Assembly: GCA_964633875.1 (NCBI GenBank)
Contig: CAZWKL010000005.1
Coordinates: 12,412 to 76,411, forward strand
DNA: 64,000 nt
Reading direction: 5' to 3'
DNA from: an uncultured Pseudomonadales bacterium
GTDB lineage: Bacteria > Patescibacteriota > Microgenomatia > UBA1400 > PJMF01
The first letter of the stretch is position 1. Each line of letters begins with the position of its first letter. Below, piece after piece: positions 17,836 to 27,688 of the stretch. Below the pieces are notes generated by a model. That model made no database searches. It saw only the letters and a list, made by a program, of their open reading frames with translations, and was not told the DNA's origin. The translations under genes and the position numbers were made by a program.

Positions 17836-20127
17836 ATGCAATTCAAATTAAGCTCCCGGTTTCAGCCCACCGGTGACCAGCCAGACGCCATTACCAAGCT
17901 CACTCAGGGCATCCTTAATGGCAAACAACACCAAACTCTCCTTGGTGTTACTGGTAGTGGCAAAACCTTTACCATGGCCAATGTAATTGAGCGGGTGCAA
18001 AAACCCACACTCGTCATTGCCCACAATAAAACTTTAGCTGCTCAACTTTACCAAGAATTCCGCGACTTTTTCCCAAATAATGCCGTCAGCTACTTTGTTT
18101 CTTATTATGATTATTACCAGCCGGAGGCCTACATTCCCACCACCGATACCTACATTGAAAAAGAAGCCACCATCAACGACGAAATCGACAAGCTCCGCTT
18201 GGCCACCACCACCAACTTGCTTACCAGGCCGGACAGTATTGTAGTGGCTTCGGTTTCGTGCATTTACAACCTGGGCAATCCAGTTGAGTACGGCCGCTAC
18301 ATGCTCAGGCTGGTTGAGGGCGAAGTGATCTCGCGCGAAACTTTGCTGCTGCAGTTGGCCAACTTGCAGTACGACCGTAGCGACAATGAGTTCAGGCGTG
18401 GCACTTATCGTTTGCGTGGAGACACTTTGCATCTCTGGCCAGCCTATGAAGACAAAGCGCTCCGGATTGATACTTTAGAAAATCAAATTGAATCAATTAA
18501 ATGGATCGACCCAATTTCCGGCATCGTGGTTACTCCCGACAATGACAGCCTTGGCCCCAACAAAACTGAGCAAGGCAAAGAGTTCGTGATTTATCCTGCT
18601 AAACATTACGTCATGAATCCCAAATCCCAGAACCAGGCTTTGGCAGAGATTCGCCAGGATTTGCAGCTCAGACTTGAAGCCTTGAAAGCGGAAAACAAAA
18701 TCGTTGAGGCTTACCGTCTCGAGCAAAAAGTCCAGTATGATCTGGAAATGATGCAAGAGTTTGGTTATGTCAATGGCATTGAGAACTACTCTCGTTACTT
18801 TGAAGAACGCGGTCCGGGCGATCCTCCTTACACCCTCCTTGATTATTTCCAGGCCAATGCGGATGAGTTCGCCGGCGGTTCATACCTCACCATCATTGAT
18901 GAAAGTCATATCACTTTGCCACAAATTAAAGGCATGCATAATGGTGATCGCGCCCGCAAAGAAACCCTCATCGAGTACGGCTTCCGCTTGCCCAGCGCCC
19001 TGGATAACCGGCCGCTCAAGTTTGAGGAGTTTATGAAAGCCTCCCGCCAGCTCACTTATGTTTCGGCCACTCCCGAGCAACTGGAGTTGTCACTTTCAGG
19101 TCATCAAGTAATCGAGCAACTAATCCGGCCCACCGGACTGGTAGACCCCAATATTGAACTGCGCCCGATAGACGGCCAGATAGAAGACTTGGTGATTGAA
19201 GTGCTCATCCGCAAGCAATTCGGCCAAAGAGTCCTAGTCACCACCCTCACCAAAAAAATGTCGGAGGCGCTGACCGATTACCTCAACAGTCCGGAAAAAA
19301 TTGACAAGCTCGTGGCCAACTACCAAGAAAAAATGGTGGCCGAGAAAGAGCGCCGCCTGGACTCGGCTGAGAATCTGGAAACAATCTGGCGCCAGGAGCA
19401 ATTGCCGATTGAACAGATGGCGATCGGGGCGATTGAGCCCAAATACTATCACCATCTGGGCAAAACCGACGCTACTCATCTCGACCTCAATAATCTCGAT
19501 TATCCCAAGGTGGCCTATCTGCACTCAGATATCGAAACCTTGGAGCGCTCTGACATTCTCGACGATCTCCGGCGAGGTGAGTACGATGTTGTCGTCGGCA
19601 TCAACCTCCTGAGAGAAGGCCTGGACTTGCCCGAAGTTTCCCTGGTGGCTATTCTTGATGCTGACAAAGCCGGCTTTCTTAGATCACGCACTTCTCTTAT
19701 TCAAACTATGGGCCGGGGCGCCAGGCATATTGAGGGTCACGCCATTCTTTACGCTGACTTTCTTACTGCCGGAATTAAGCAAGCTGTAGAAGAAACTCTT
19801 AGGAGAAGAGAGACGCAAATCAAATATAATCAGGATCGTGACATCACTCCCACCTCGATTATCAAGCCCATCCGCAAAAGAATGATTGAAAAGAAGGCAG
19901 AGGAGGAGGCTGATGAATCTGACTACACCGCGGGTACTGAGCCCATCATCGTGCAACTCACTAAAAATGAGCAAATCGACCTCAACAGAATCGAGGCCGC
20001 GGCTCTCACGCCATATGACAGAAAAAAATTAGCGGAGAAACTGCGTCGCCGCATGGGGCAAGCAGCCAAAGATATGGATTTTGAGCTGGCGGCGTTGCTG
20101 AGGGACAAGATTAAGGAACTTAATTAA
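17836..20127 (+). CDS. uvrB: excinuclease ABC subunit B
   Basis: MQFKLSSRFQPTGDQPDAI...LLGVTGSGKTF...YFVSYYDYYQPEAYIP aligns with the E. coli UvrB N-terminus. C-terminal UVR motif DFELAALLRDKIKEL. About 75 aa are inserted before the YLHSDIETLER block. Confidence 0.9.
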   Translation: MQFKLSSRFQPTGDQPDAITKLTQGILNGKQHQTLLGVTGSGKTFTMANVIERVQKPTLVIAHNKTLAAQLYQEFRDFFPNNAVSYFVSYYDYYQPEAYIPTTDTYIEKEATINDEIDKLRLATTTNLLTRPDSIVVASVSCIYNLGNPVEYGRYMLRLVEGEVISRETLLLQLANLQYDRSDNEFRRGTYRLRGDTLHLWPAYEDKALRIDTLENQIESIKWIDPISGIVVTPDNDSLGPNKTEQGKEFVIYPAKHYVMNPKSQNQALAEIRQDLQLRLEALKAENKIVEAYRLEQKVQYDLEMMQEFGYVNGIENYSRYFEERGPGDPPYTLLDYFQANADEFAGGSYLTIIDESHITLPQIKGMHNGDRARKETLIEYGFRLPSALDNRPLKFEEFMKASRQLTYVSATPEQLELSLSGHQVIEQLIRPTGLVDPNIELRPIDGQIEDLVIEVLIRKQFGQRVLVTTLTKKMSEALTDYLNSPEKIDKLVANYQEKMVAEKERRLDSAENLETIWRQEQLPIEQMAIGAIEPKYYHHLGKTDATHLDLNNLDYPKVAYLHSDIETLERSDILDDLRRGEYDVVVGINLLREGLDLPEVSLVAILDADKAGFLRSRTSLIQTMGRGARHIEGHAILYADFLTAGIKQAVEETLRRRETQIKYNQDRDITPTSIIKPIRKRMIEKKAEEEADESDYTAGTEPIIVQLTKNEQIDLNRIEAAALTPYDRKKLAEKLRRRMGQAAKDMDFELAALLRDKIKELN

Positions 20128-20128
20128 A

Positions 20129-23110
20129 ATGCAAAAACTAGATAAAATCATCATCGAGGGCGCCCGCGAACACAACCTCAAAAACATCAATGTAGAGATA
20201 CCAAAAAATCAGTTGGTGGTTTTTACCGGCTTGTCAGGCAGTGGCAAAAGTTCGCTGGCTTTCGATACTTTGTATGCTGAAGGTCAGCGGCGTTATGTGG
20301 AAAGCCTCAGCTCTTACGCTCGGCAGTTTTTGGGCATTATGCGCAAGCCTGATGTGGATCATATTGAAGGTCTCTCGCCGGCCATCTCGATAGATCAGAA
20401 AACCACTTCACACAACCCGCGCTCTACCGTCGGCACTATCACCGAGATTTATGATTACCTCCGGCTGCTTTATGCGCGGATCGGCCACCCTCACTGTCCC
20501 CAATGCGGCAAAGAAATATCCACCCAATCTGTCGATCAGATTTTGGACCAGATTATTAATGAGTTTGCCAATCGCGCCGCCACCGGCCAACCGGTGAGAG
20601 CGCTTATTCTGGCTCCGGTGGTGCGCCAGCGCAAAGGAGAGTTTGGTTCGCTTTTTAATAATATCCGGCAAGCAGGCTACCAACGCGCCCGAATAGACGG
20701 CACTATTTATGATCTGGCTGAAGACTTAACTTTAATCAAAACCAACAAACACAGCATTAGCGTGGTGATTGATCGCTTGGTCATTGCCGCCAAACAGCTT
20801 AAAGACGAAGAAGAGTACAAAACTCAGCGCCGACGCATCTCCCAATCTATCGAAGAAGCGCTGAAGTTAGCCGATGGCCTGGCGACTGTTTCTTTTATCG
20901 AAGACGACTCCCTCAGTTTTCCCGAGAACCCCAAGCAATTCACTGACAAATTATTCAGCGAGAAACGAGCTTGCAGCGACTGCGGCATTTCTATTCCCGA
21001 GATCGAACCACGGCTTTTCTCTTTCAACTCGCCTCAGGGCGCCTGTCCTACCTGCAATGGCCTTGGGAACTTGCTCAAAATCAATGAAAATAAAATGCTG
21101 GCTCCGGCGCTCACTCTCAGTGAAGGCGCTATTATCCCGTTTTCAAGAACACTGAGCCAAGACACTTGGTGGGCGCGTTTGGTGCGGGTGGTGGTGGAAA
21201 ATCAAGGCTACGATTTTCGCAAAACTCCCTACGAAGCTATGGATGAAGATACTCAAAAAATCCTACTACACGGCTCTGAGCAGGTTTACCGGGTAGAGGG
21301 GGAAAATCGGCAAGGCAGGCAGACAGTGATCCACGAAACTTTTGAGGGTTTTATCACCAATCTGGAGCGTCGCTACGAAGAAACAGACTCAGATTACATT
21401 CGCAGAGACATTGAGCAATACATGGAACGGCAAATTTGCCCTCAGTGTCGTGGCACCAGGCTTAAAGAAGAGGCTCTGAGCGTGCATATTGAAGGCAGGC
21501 ACATTGCTCAGGTTACCGGCTTGGCTTTGAAAAAAACTTTAGCTTGGGCAGAGCAGCTCTGGGCAGGCGAGATTTTGACTGCCAAAGAAAAAGTCATCGG
21601 CGAATCAATTCTCAAAGAAATTATTTCCCGGCTCAAATTCCTTAATGCCGTTGGTCTTAATTACCTGAGCCTGGATCGGGAGGCTAGCACTTTGGCTGGC
21701 GGCGAGGCGCAAAGAATCCGCCTGGCGTCGCAAATTGGCACCGGCTTGACCGGAGTGCTTTATATCCTGGATGAACCGACCATTGGCCTGCACCAGCGCG
21801 ACAATCATCAACTCATCGAAACTCTCAAAAATCTTCAGCAAAAAGGCAATACGGTGGTGGTAGTTGAGCATGACCGTGATTTGATGAAGGCCGCCGATTA
21901 CATCATTGATTTCGGCCCTAAAGCAGGCAAGCACGGCGGAGAAGTGGTGGCGGTGGGCACTCCGGCAGAAATTATGAGTAATAACAACTCCATTACCGGC
22001 CAGTACCTGAAGCGCAAAAAGGATGTCGTGCTTAAAAAACCCAACCAAGAGAGAAGAGTTGTGCCCGATGATGAAGTGCCCAGCAAAACTCAGTCGGGAG
22101 CAAAAATCAGAATTGTTGGCGCCAATCATCACAACCTCAAAAATATTGACGTTGAGTTTCCGCTCAGCAAATTTGTTTGTATCACCGGCATTTCTGGCTC
22201 CGGCAAATCAACCTTGCTGCACGAAACTCTTTATCCTCACCTGGCTAAAAGTCTGGATCGTGCTACTGAAATTATACCCGGCCCAATCGCTAGTATTACT
22301 GTCCCCGACGCAGTCAGGCGAGTGAGTTTGATCGACCAAAGCCCGATTGGCAGAACCCCGCGGTCTAATCCGGCCACTTACACCAAAATTTTCGATTATA
22401 TCCGCAAAACTTTTGCCAACACTCAGGAAGCTAAAATCCGTGGTTACCAATCGGGCAGGTTTAGTTTTAATGTCAAAGGCGGGCGCTGCGAAGCTTGTCA
22501 GGGTGACGGTCAAATCAAAATCGAAATGCAGTTTTTGCCTGACGTTTATGTTACTTGTGATGTCTGTGAAGGCAAGCGCTACAACTCCGAAACGCTGGAA
22601 GTAGAGTACCGCGGCAAGAATATTTATCAGGTCCTCAAAATGACGATTGAAGATGCTTATGAATTTTTTGAGCACAACAGCACCATTCGTGGCAAACTGA
22701 AAACCCTACTTGACGTGGGGCTGGGATATATCGAACTCGGCCAGCCCGCTCCCACTCTGAGTGGTGGTGAAGCGCAAAGGGTTAAGCTGGCCAGAGAACT
22801 GTCAACTCGTACCTATGACCACGTGGTTTACATGCTTGATGAACCCACTACCGGCCTGCACTTCGCCGACATCCAAAAACTGCTTAAAGTCCTGCAGCAA
22901 CTGGTAAACCAAGGCAATACCGTCATTACCATCGAGCACAATCTTGATGTGATTAAAAATTCAGACTGGATTATTGACCTTGGCCCTGAAGGTGGCGAAG
23001 GTGGTGGTGAAGTTATCGCTGTCGGCACCCCGGCAGCAATTGTCAATGATCCCAATTCTATTACCGGAAAATATTTACGAGAAGAATTCGCAGAAATGGC
23101 TAACAAATAG
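20129..23110 (+). CDS. uvrA: excinuclease ABC subunit A
   Basis: Two ABC ATPase modules (GLSGSGKSSLAFDT, GISGSGKSTLLHE) and zinc-finger Cys pairs. 993 aa. Confidence 0.95.
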   Translation: MQKLDKIIIEGAREHNLKNINVEIPKNQLVVFTGLSGSGKSSLAFDTLYAEGQRRYVESLSSYARQFLGIMRKPDVDHIEGLSPAISIDQKTTSHNPRSTVGTITEIYDYLRLLYARIGHPHCPQCGKEISTQSVDQILDQIINEFANRAATGQPVRALILAPVVRQRKGEFGSLFNNIRQAGYQRARIDGTIYDLAEDLTLIKTNKHSISVVIDRLVIAAKQLKDEEEYKTQRRRISQSIEEALKLADGLATVSFIEDDSLSFPENPKQFTDKLFSEKRACSDCGISIPEIEPRLFSFNSPQGACPTCNGLGNLLKINENKMLAPALTLSEGAIIPFSRTLSQDTWWARLVRVVVENQGYDFRKTPYEAMDEDTQKILLHGSEQVYRVEGENRQGRQTVIHETFEGFITNLERRYEETDSDYIRRDIEQYMERQICPQCRGTRLKEEALSVHIEGRHIAQVTGLALKKTLAWAEQLWAGEILTAKEKVIGESILKEIISRLKFLNAVGLNYLSLDREASTLAGGEAQRIRLASQIGTGLTGVLYILDEPTIGLHQRDNHQLIETLKNLQQKGNTVVVVEHDRDLMKAADYIIDFGPKAGKHGGEVVAVGTPAEIMSNNNSITGQYLKRKKDVVLKKPNQERRVVPDDEVPSKTQSGAKIRIVGANHHNLKNIDVEFPLSKFVCITGISGSGKSTLLHETLYPHLAKSLDRATEIIPGPIASITVPDAVRRVSLIDQSPIGRTPRSNPATYTKIFDYIRKTFANTQEAKIRGYQSGRFSFNVKGGRCEACQGDGQIKIEMQFLPDVYVTCDVCEGKRYNSETLEVEYRGKNIYQVLKMTIEDAYEFFEHNSTIRGKLKTLLDVGLGYIELGQPAPTLSGGEAQRVKLARELSTRTYDHVVYMLDEPTTGLHFADIQKLLKVLQQLVNQGNTVITIEHNLDVIKNSDWIIDLGPEGGEGGGEVIAVGTPAAIVNDPNSITGKYLREEFAEMANK

Positions 23111-23138
23111 CTCACAAAAACGTTACAATGTTGATAAT

Positions 23139-25028
23139 ATGCGTAAATTGTTGAGAATCATCGCCGTGTTTTTTGCGGCCGTTTTTGTTTTTGGCAGAAC
23201 GCCGGTTTTGATCAAGGCCCAAACACCAAGCGTCAATGAATTCCACACCAAGCTCGTTACTACCTATCTGGTGGATCAAGCTGGTAACTCGAGGGTAAAA
23301 CATGATTACACTATTAAAAATCTCACCCCAACTGCCTTTATCAAACAATACACTCTTACCTTAGCTTACCCCAACCTTAGCAATATCGAAGTAACTGAAA
23401 GCGGTCGGAAAATCAATGCCGATATCAGTGAAGCAAAACCTCTTACCACTATTGTTATCACCTTTCCTCAGGACGTAGTTGGCGAAAACAAGATTAGAAA
23501 TTTCTCTATTGAATATGTAAACCCGGATTTAGCTTCAATCGGCGGTAATTCTTTGGAAATACACGCTCCCGAACTGGCAAATCCTGAACAATACAATGAG
23601 CATGAGGTCATTCTCGTCACCCCGATCAAGTACGGTAATCCCATTCGTTCCAACCACGCAATCGCCAACAAAACCATCACCGAACAAGGTATCAGAACTA
23701 CTTTCTACGGGCTTGGAGGCAAAGCGCTTTCAGTCTTGTTCGGCGATAAACAAATCTACTCACTGACACTCAGATACAATCTGGAAAACCTCAGTAGCTC
23801 GGCCGCGTTTACCCAAATCGCTCTCCCTCCCGATACAGCCTTTCAAAAAATGCATTATCACTCCCTTGATCCGCTACCTCAGGAAATGAAAAGAGACGCT
23901 GACGGCAACTGGATTGCCAAATACAACCTGCCTGCCAACAGCATTACCCCAGTTTACCTGACTGCCAACGCTCAGATCACTCTGGAGCCACAGCCAGAAA
24001 TAAAAGTTTTACCACCCAATCAACTCCACACCAAAAAGGCAGATTACTGGGACACTCGCAATTCCCGAGTAGCTGGTGAAGCCTCCCTCCATCGCACCCC
24101 TGAAGATATCTACAATTTTGTCACCAAAACCTTGCAATACTCGTACGATTTTGCTGCTACTCAAAATCGACTCGGCGCCGTTAAAGCTTTGGATAAACCG
24201 GATCAGGCAGTCTGTCAAGAATTTACCGACCTTTTTGTTGCCATGTCTCGAGCGAACAACATTCCTACCAGAAGACTAACTGGCTTTGCTTACAGCCAAA
24301 ACGACACTCTGCGCCCGTCCAGTTTTAATGGCGACATCCTGCACGCCTGGCCGGAATACTTTGATAATGACAAAAATTTGTGGATCCAAGTAGATCCAAC
24401 TTGGGGCAACACTACAGGCGGCGTGGATTACTTTCATCAGTTTGATCTCAATCATATAGTTTTTGCCATCAACGGCACTTCCAGCACTACCCCTTTTCCG
24501 GCCGGATCATATAAAGTAGAGGATGAAGAAACCAAAGATGTTGAAGTGACCTTTGCCAACGAGTTTCCGAAAGTTGAACCAAACTTTTCACTCAATTTCC
24601 AACCGGCCAAAGTGTTGGGTATTTCCCTGCCGGGTTTCTACAACCTCACCATTACCAACAACACTGGACAAGCGTGGTACGATATTGACGCAAGGTTTAA
24701 TTACGCTCGAGATGCAGCACAACTAAACAGAGGAGAAAACCTAGAAATTCCTGCCTTATTGCCATTTCAAACCCAAACTTTTGCCATCACGGCTCACACC
24801 CCACAGTGGCAAATTATCAATGATCTATCGGTCAGTATCGAATTAACCTCGGCAGCTAATCCTCAAACAGCAAGCACAGTACTATATGAAAGCCAAGAAA
24901 ATTACCTTAAAGCCGGACCAGCCATCATCGAACACATTAAAAACACCCAAGTGGTCGTTGGTGTGGGCGTCGGCCTTATCCTCCTTACCCTCATCGGCGG
25001 GAGTATATTGGTTTTTAGACGAACATAA
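23139..25028 (+). CDS. secreted transglutaminase-like cysteine protease superfamily protein with C-terminal TM anchor
   Basis: Signal peptide MRKLLRIIAVFFAAVFVFG. TGase core with Cys (AVCQEFTDLFVAMSRANNIPTRRLTGFAY), His (DILHAWPEYFD) and Asp (WIQVDPTWG). C-terminal hydrophobic helix VVVGVGVGLILLTLIGG. Confidence 0.7.
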   Translation: MRKLLRIIAVFFAAVFVFGRTPVLIKAQTPSVNEFHTKLVTTYLVDQAGNSRVKHDYTIKNLTPTAFIKQYTLTLAYPNLSNIEVTESGRKINADISEAKPLTTIVITFPQDVVGENKIRNFSIEYVNPDLASIGGNSLEIHAPELANPEQYNEHEVILVTPIKYGNPIRSNHAIANKTITEQGIRTTFYGLGGKALSVLFGDKQIYSLTLRYNLENLSSSAAFTQIALPPDTAFQKMHYHSLDPLPQEMKRDADGNWIAKYNLPANSITPVYLTANAQITLEPQPEIKVLPPNQLHTKKADYWDTRNSRVAGEASLHRTPEDIYNFVTKTLQYSYDFAATQNRLGAVKALDKPDQAVCQEFTDLFVAMSRANNIPTRRLTGFAYSQNDTLRPSSFNGDILHAWPEYFDNDKNLWIQVDPTWGNTTGGVDYFHQFDLNHIVFAINGTSSTTPFPAGSYKVEDEETKDVEVTFANEFPKVEPNFSLNFQPAKVLGISLPGFYNLTITNNTGQAWYDIDARFNYARDAAQLNRGENLEIPALLPFQTQTFAITAHTPQWQIINDLSVSIELTSAANPQTASTVLYESQENYLKAGPAIIEHIKNTQVVVGVGVGLILLTLIGGSILVFRRT

Positions 25029-26310
25029 TCTTGTTCTTTACGTCGGTAAAGCCAAAAACCTCAAAAAGCGAGTTCAGTCTTACACCCGCTTCGGGCAACT
25101 TTCTAACCGAATCAGGCAACTGGTGAAAGTGGCCACGAAAGTCAAGTTTAAAGAGCTGCCCAGCGAACTGGAAGCCCTACTCACGGAAGCTGAGCTGATT
25201 CGCCGCTACCAACCTCAATATAATGTTCTACTTAAAGACGATAAAAGTCCTCTTTATATTCATATTACTAACGAAATTTATCCTCGAGTCCTGCAAGTTA
25301 GAAAAAAAGAGCTTAACACCAACAATCTCAGGGGCACCATTCTTGGTCCCTTTCCGAGCGCTTACAAAGTTAAGGAAGTTTTGCAAATCGCACGAAAAAT
25401 TTTTCCCTGGTGCAACCGAGCGGGCAATCTTGAACAGAAAAACAACAAAGCCAAGTTGACTCCATGTTTTTATTATCATATTGATCAGTGCAATGGCGCC
25501 TGTATTGAAAAAATCAGCCCTCAAGAGTATCGGGAGAACATTAACCAGCTTATTATTTTCCTCAAAGGTAAAAAATCGGTTGTTACCACCCAGCTTAAAA
25601 ATGATCTCGAAGAAGCAATTGGGACCGAAAACTTTGAAGCGGCAGCGGTTTACCGCGATAAATTAACCCTAATAGACGAGGTGACGCAACCCAAAAAAAT
25701 TCTCAAGCCTGAGTTAACCACCCCGGGACTAACTGCCAAAATCGAGCAAGACGGCATTATCTACTTGCAAGACATTCTGTCTACTCACTTGGGCTTACCA
25801 AAGAAGTTTCCTCTGGAAAGAATTGAGGGTTATGATGTCAGCAACACCATGGGCACCAATCCATCGGTAGCGATGGTGACATTTATTGATGGAGTGGCCG
25901 ATCCTTCCCACTACCGGCTTTTCAATATCCGCTCCATCCAAACACCCAACGACTACCAAATGATGAAAGAAGCTATTTCCAGAAGACAAAACAACCGGCA
26001 GTGGGGCCTTCCTGATTTGCTGGTGATTGACGGCGGCAAAGGCCAGGTAAGATCGGCACTGAGTGTTTGGAGTTGGCAGGCTCCGGTCATTGGTCTGGTA
26101 AAAAACCCCGACCGACTGGTTTTGCCCATGCTTGATTGGTCTGCCAGAACTGAGAGCAGTTATTTTGACTTAAAAAACCTGCAGTATCTTGAGCTCAAAC
26201 TCAAGGGAGGCAATCCTGCCTTAAAATTATTGCAGCGTATCCGTAATGAGGCCCACCGTTTTTCCAAAAAACAGCACACCAGAAGACGGCTCAAAAGTAT
26301 GTTTGAGTGA
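24886..26310 (+). CDS. uvrC: excinuclease ABC subunit C, short form (GIY-YIG, UVR and RNase H-like endonuclease domains; no C-terminal HhH)
   Basis: GIY-YIG (GVYWFLDEHNLVLYVGKAKNLKKRVQSY), UVR-like (NFEAAAVYRDKLTLI), and the C-terminal endonuclease domain (IEGYDVSNTMG...LLVIDGGKGQV). The start is uncertain: ATG at 24886, or GTG at 24961. It overlaps the end of the upstream gene. Confidence 0.8.
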   Translation: MKAKKITLKPDQPSSNTLKTPKWSLVWASALSSLPSSAGVYWFLDEHNLVLYVGKAKNLKKRVQSYTRFGQLSNRIRQLVKVATKVKFKELPSELEALLTEAELIRRYQPQYNVLLKDDKSPLYIHITNEIYPRVLQVRKKELNTNNLRGTILGPFPSAYKVKEVLQIARKIFPWCNRAGNLEQKNNKAKLTPCFYYHIDQCNGACIEKISPQEYRENINQLIIFLKGKKSVVTTQLKNDLEEAIGTENFEAAAVYRDKLTLIDEVTQPKKILKPELTTPGLTAKIEQDGIIYLQDILSTHLGLPKKFPLERIEGYDVSNTMGTNPSVAMVTFIDGVADPSHYRLFNIRSIQTPNDYQMMKEAISRRQNNRQWGLPDLLVIDGGKGQVRSALSVWSWQAPVIGLVKNPDRLVLPMLDWSARTESSYFDLKNLQYLELKLKGGNPALKLLQRIRNEAHRFSKKQHTRRRLKSMFE

Positions 26311-26359
26311 GTCCGGTAACAAACTTGCGCGCCAAGGTCATGGCCCGTATACTGGAAAC

Positions 26360-26716
26360 ATGGTTAGGATTTTGCTTCATACCATTGTGACCTTGGGCTT
26401 GTTGGCAGTCGTGTTGCCCACAGTCAACTTTGCCAGCCTGACAGCTCTGATTTTTGCCAGCATTATTTTTGCTATTTTGTTTCACTTCATCAAACCTATC
26501 TTGAACATACTTCTTTTTCCGGTCAACTTCGTCACTCTTGGCTTATTTTCTGCTTTGATTAATATCTTTTTACTCTGGTTGGTTGAGTATCTGGTGCCGG
26601 GCTTCACCATTCAAGCCATGATTCTGTTTGGCCTGCAGTTAAGCTATTTCTGGACTCTGGCGGTTTTGTCAATGTTGATTGGTTTTACTGGCTCCATAAT
26701 TGGAAAAATAATATAA
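26360..26716 (+). CDS. DUF360 / phage-holin-4_2 family small membrane protein
   Basis: Four hydrophobic segments. LLFPVNFVTLGLFSALINIFLLWLV matches the PxxxxTLGLF core of PF04020. Start taken at MVRILLH. Confidence 0.55.
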   Translation: MVRILLHTIVTLGLLAVVLPTVNFASLTALIFASIIFAILFHFIKPILNILLFPVNFVTLGLFSALINIFLLWLVEYLVPGFTIQAMILFGLQLSYFWTLAVLSMLIGFTGSIIGKII

Positions 26717-26744
26717 AAATTAGCTAATACGGTATAATTGCACC

Positions 26745-27686
26745 ATGAAAAGCCTCTTTCTCACCGCTCTTGTTTTTTTGTTATCGACTTTTGTCTTAAG
26801 TGCTCGACTGCCTCATCAGGCTGTTGCTCAAGTGCAAGACGAACAAGTGATAGATTTGAGCGTGGCTACCGATGAGGCTGAAGCTACCGGAGAAGCCGAA
26901 ACCGCCAGCCCATCAGCTGATGTTGAGCAGAAAATTCAAGAACAGACAGACAATGACATCACGGAGAGAACTGGGCCACAGCGTAGCCGGCTAACTACCT
27001 ATCTAACTGAAAATCCACCAGCAGAACTGAGTTGGCACAATTTCCTCCAACATGCCATTTACAGCGCGGTCACCAACGGCCTATCGGCCAACATTGTGGT
27101 TTTGCTGATTCTCTTCCCGGTCATTACCTCAGTCATCGCCGCTTTCCGCCACCTTATTGGCCTCAGGGGTTTTGGCGTTTACGCGCCGGCAGTCTTGTCG
27201 GTAGCGCTGGCATCTACCGGAATCACCACCGGGTTGATTGTGTTCTTTATTGTGCTAATGACAGCCTTAATTTTCCGCTCGCTCACCAGAAAACTGCGGC
27301 TCCAGTACCTGCCTAGAACTGCCATGTTGCTGTGGGGAGTATCTTTGGTGGTGCTCCTGTTGATGATTTTCTCAGCCATGTATGAGATGACCTTTTTCAT
27401 GGCGATCAGCATTTTCCCACTGCTGATTATCATGCTGCTCACCGAAAACTTCATAGAAACCCAATTGATGAGCAGCCAATCCCAAGCCGTTCGCTTAACT
27501 ATTGAGACAGTTTTGATTGCCATTGTTGGCTCACTTATCATTGGCTCTGAAACCCTACAAAGAACAGTGATCTTAAATCCTGAAGCTACCATTCTGGGTG
27601 TGGCAGTCATTAACATTCTGGTTGGTAAGTATGCCGGCTTGCGATTTTTGGAATATTTCAGATTTGAATCAATTCTGGAGAGGTAA
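26745..27686 (+). CDS. 7TM membrane protein (7TM_transglut-like) with acidic extracytoplasmic N-terminal region
   Basis: Signal peptide, then an acidic low-complexity segment, then 7 predicted TM helices. Sits immediately upstream of the ATP-grasp gene. Confidence 0.55.
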   Translation: MKSLFLTALVFLLSTFVLSARLPHQAVAQVQDEQVIDLSVATDEAEATGEAETASPSADVEQKIQEQTDNDITERTGPQRSRLTTYLTENPPAELSWHNFLQHAIYSAVTNGLSANIVVLLILFPVITSVIAAFRHLIGLRGFGVYAPAVLSVALASTGITTGLIVFFIVLMTALIFRSLTRKLRLQYLPRTAMLLWGVSLVVLLLMIFSAMYEMTFFMAISIFPLLIIMLLTENFIETQLMSSQSQAVRLTIETVLIAIVGSLIIGSETLQRTVILNPEATILGVAVINILVGKYAGLRFLEYFRFESILER

Positions 27687-27688
27687 TC

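Noticed and set aside
17767-17841. Longest-ORF start of the CofE-like gene (MHATCHYTALMQIDDGYGWGVYNRG...)
   Set aside because: It would overlap the uvrB start codon head-to-head and leave no room for a divergent promoter. The internal MKVTPL start matches CofE family N-termini.
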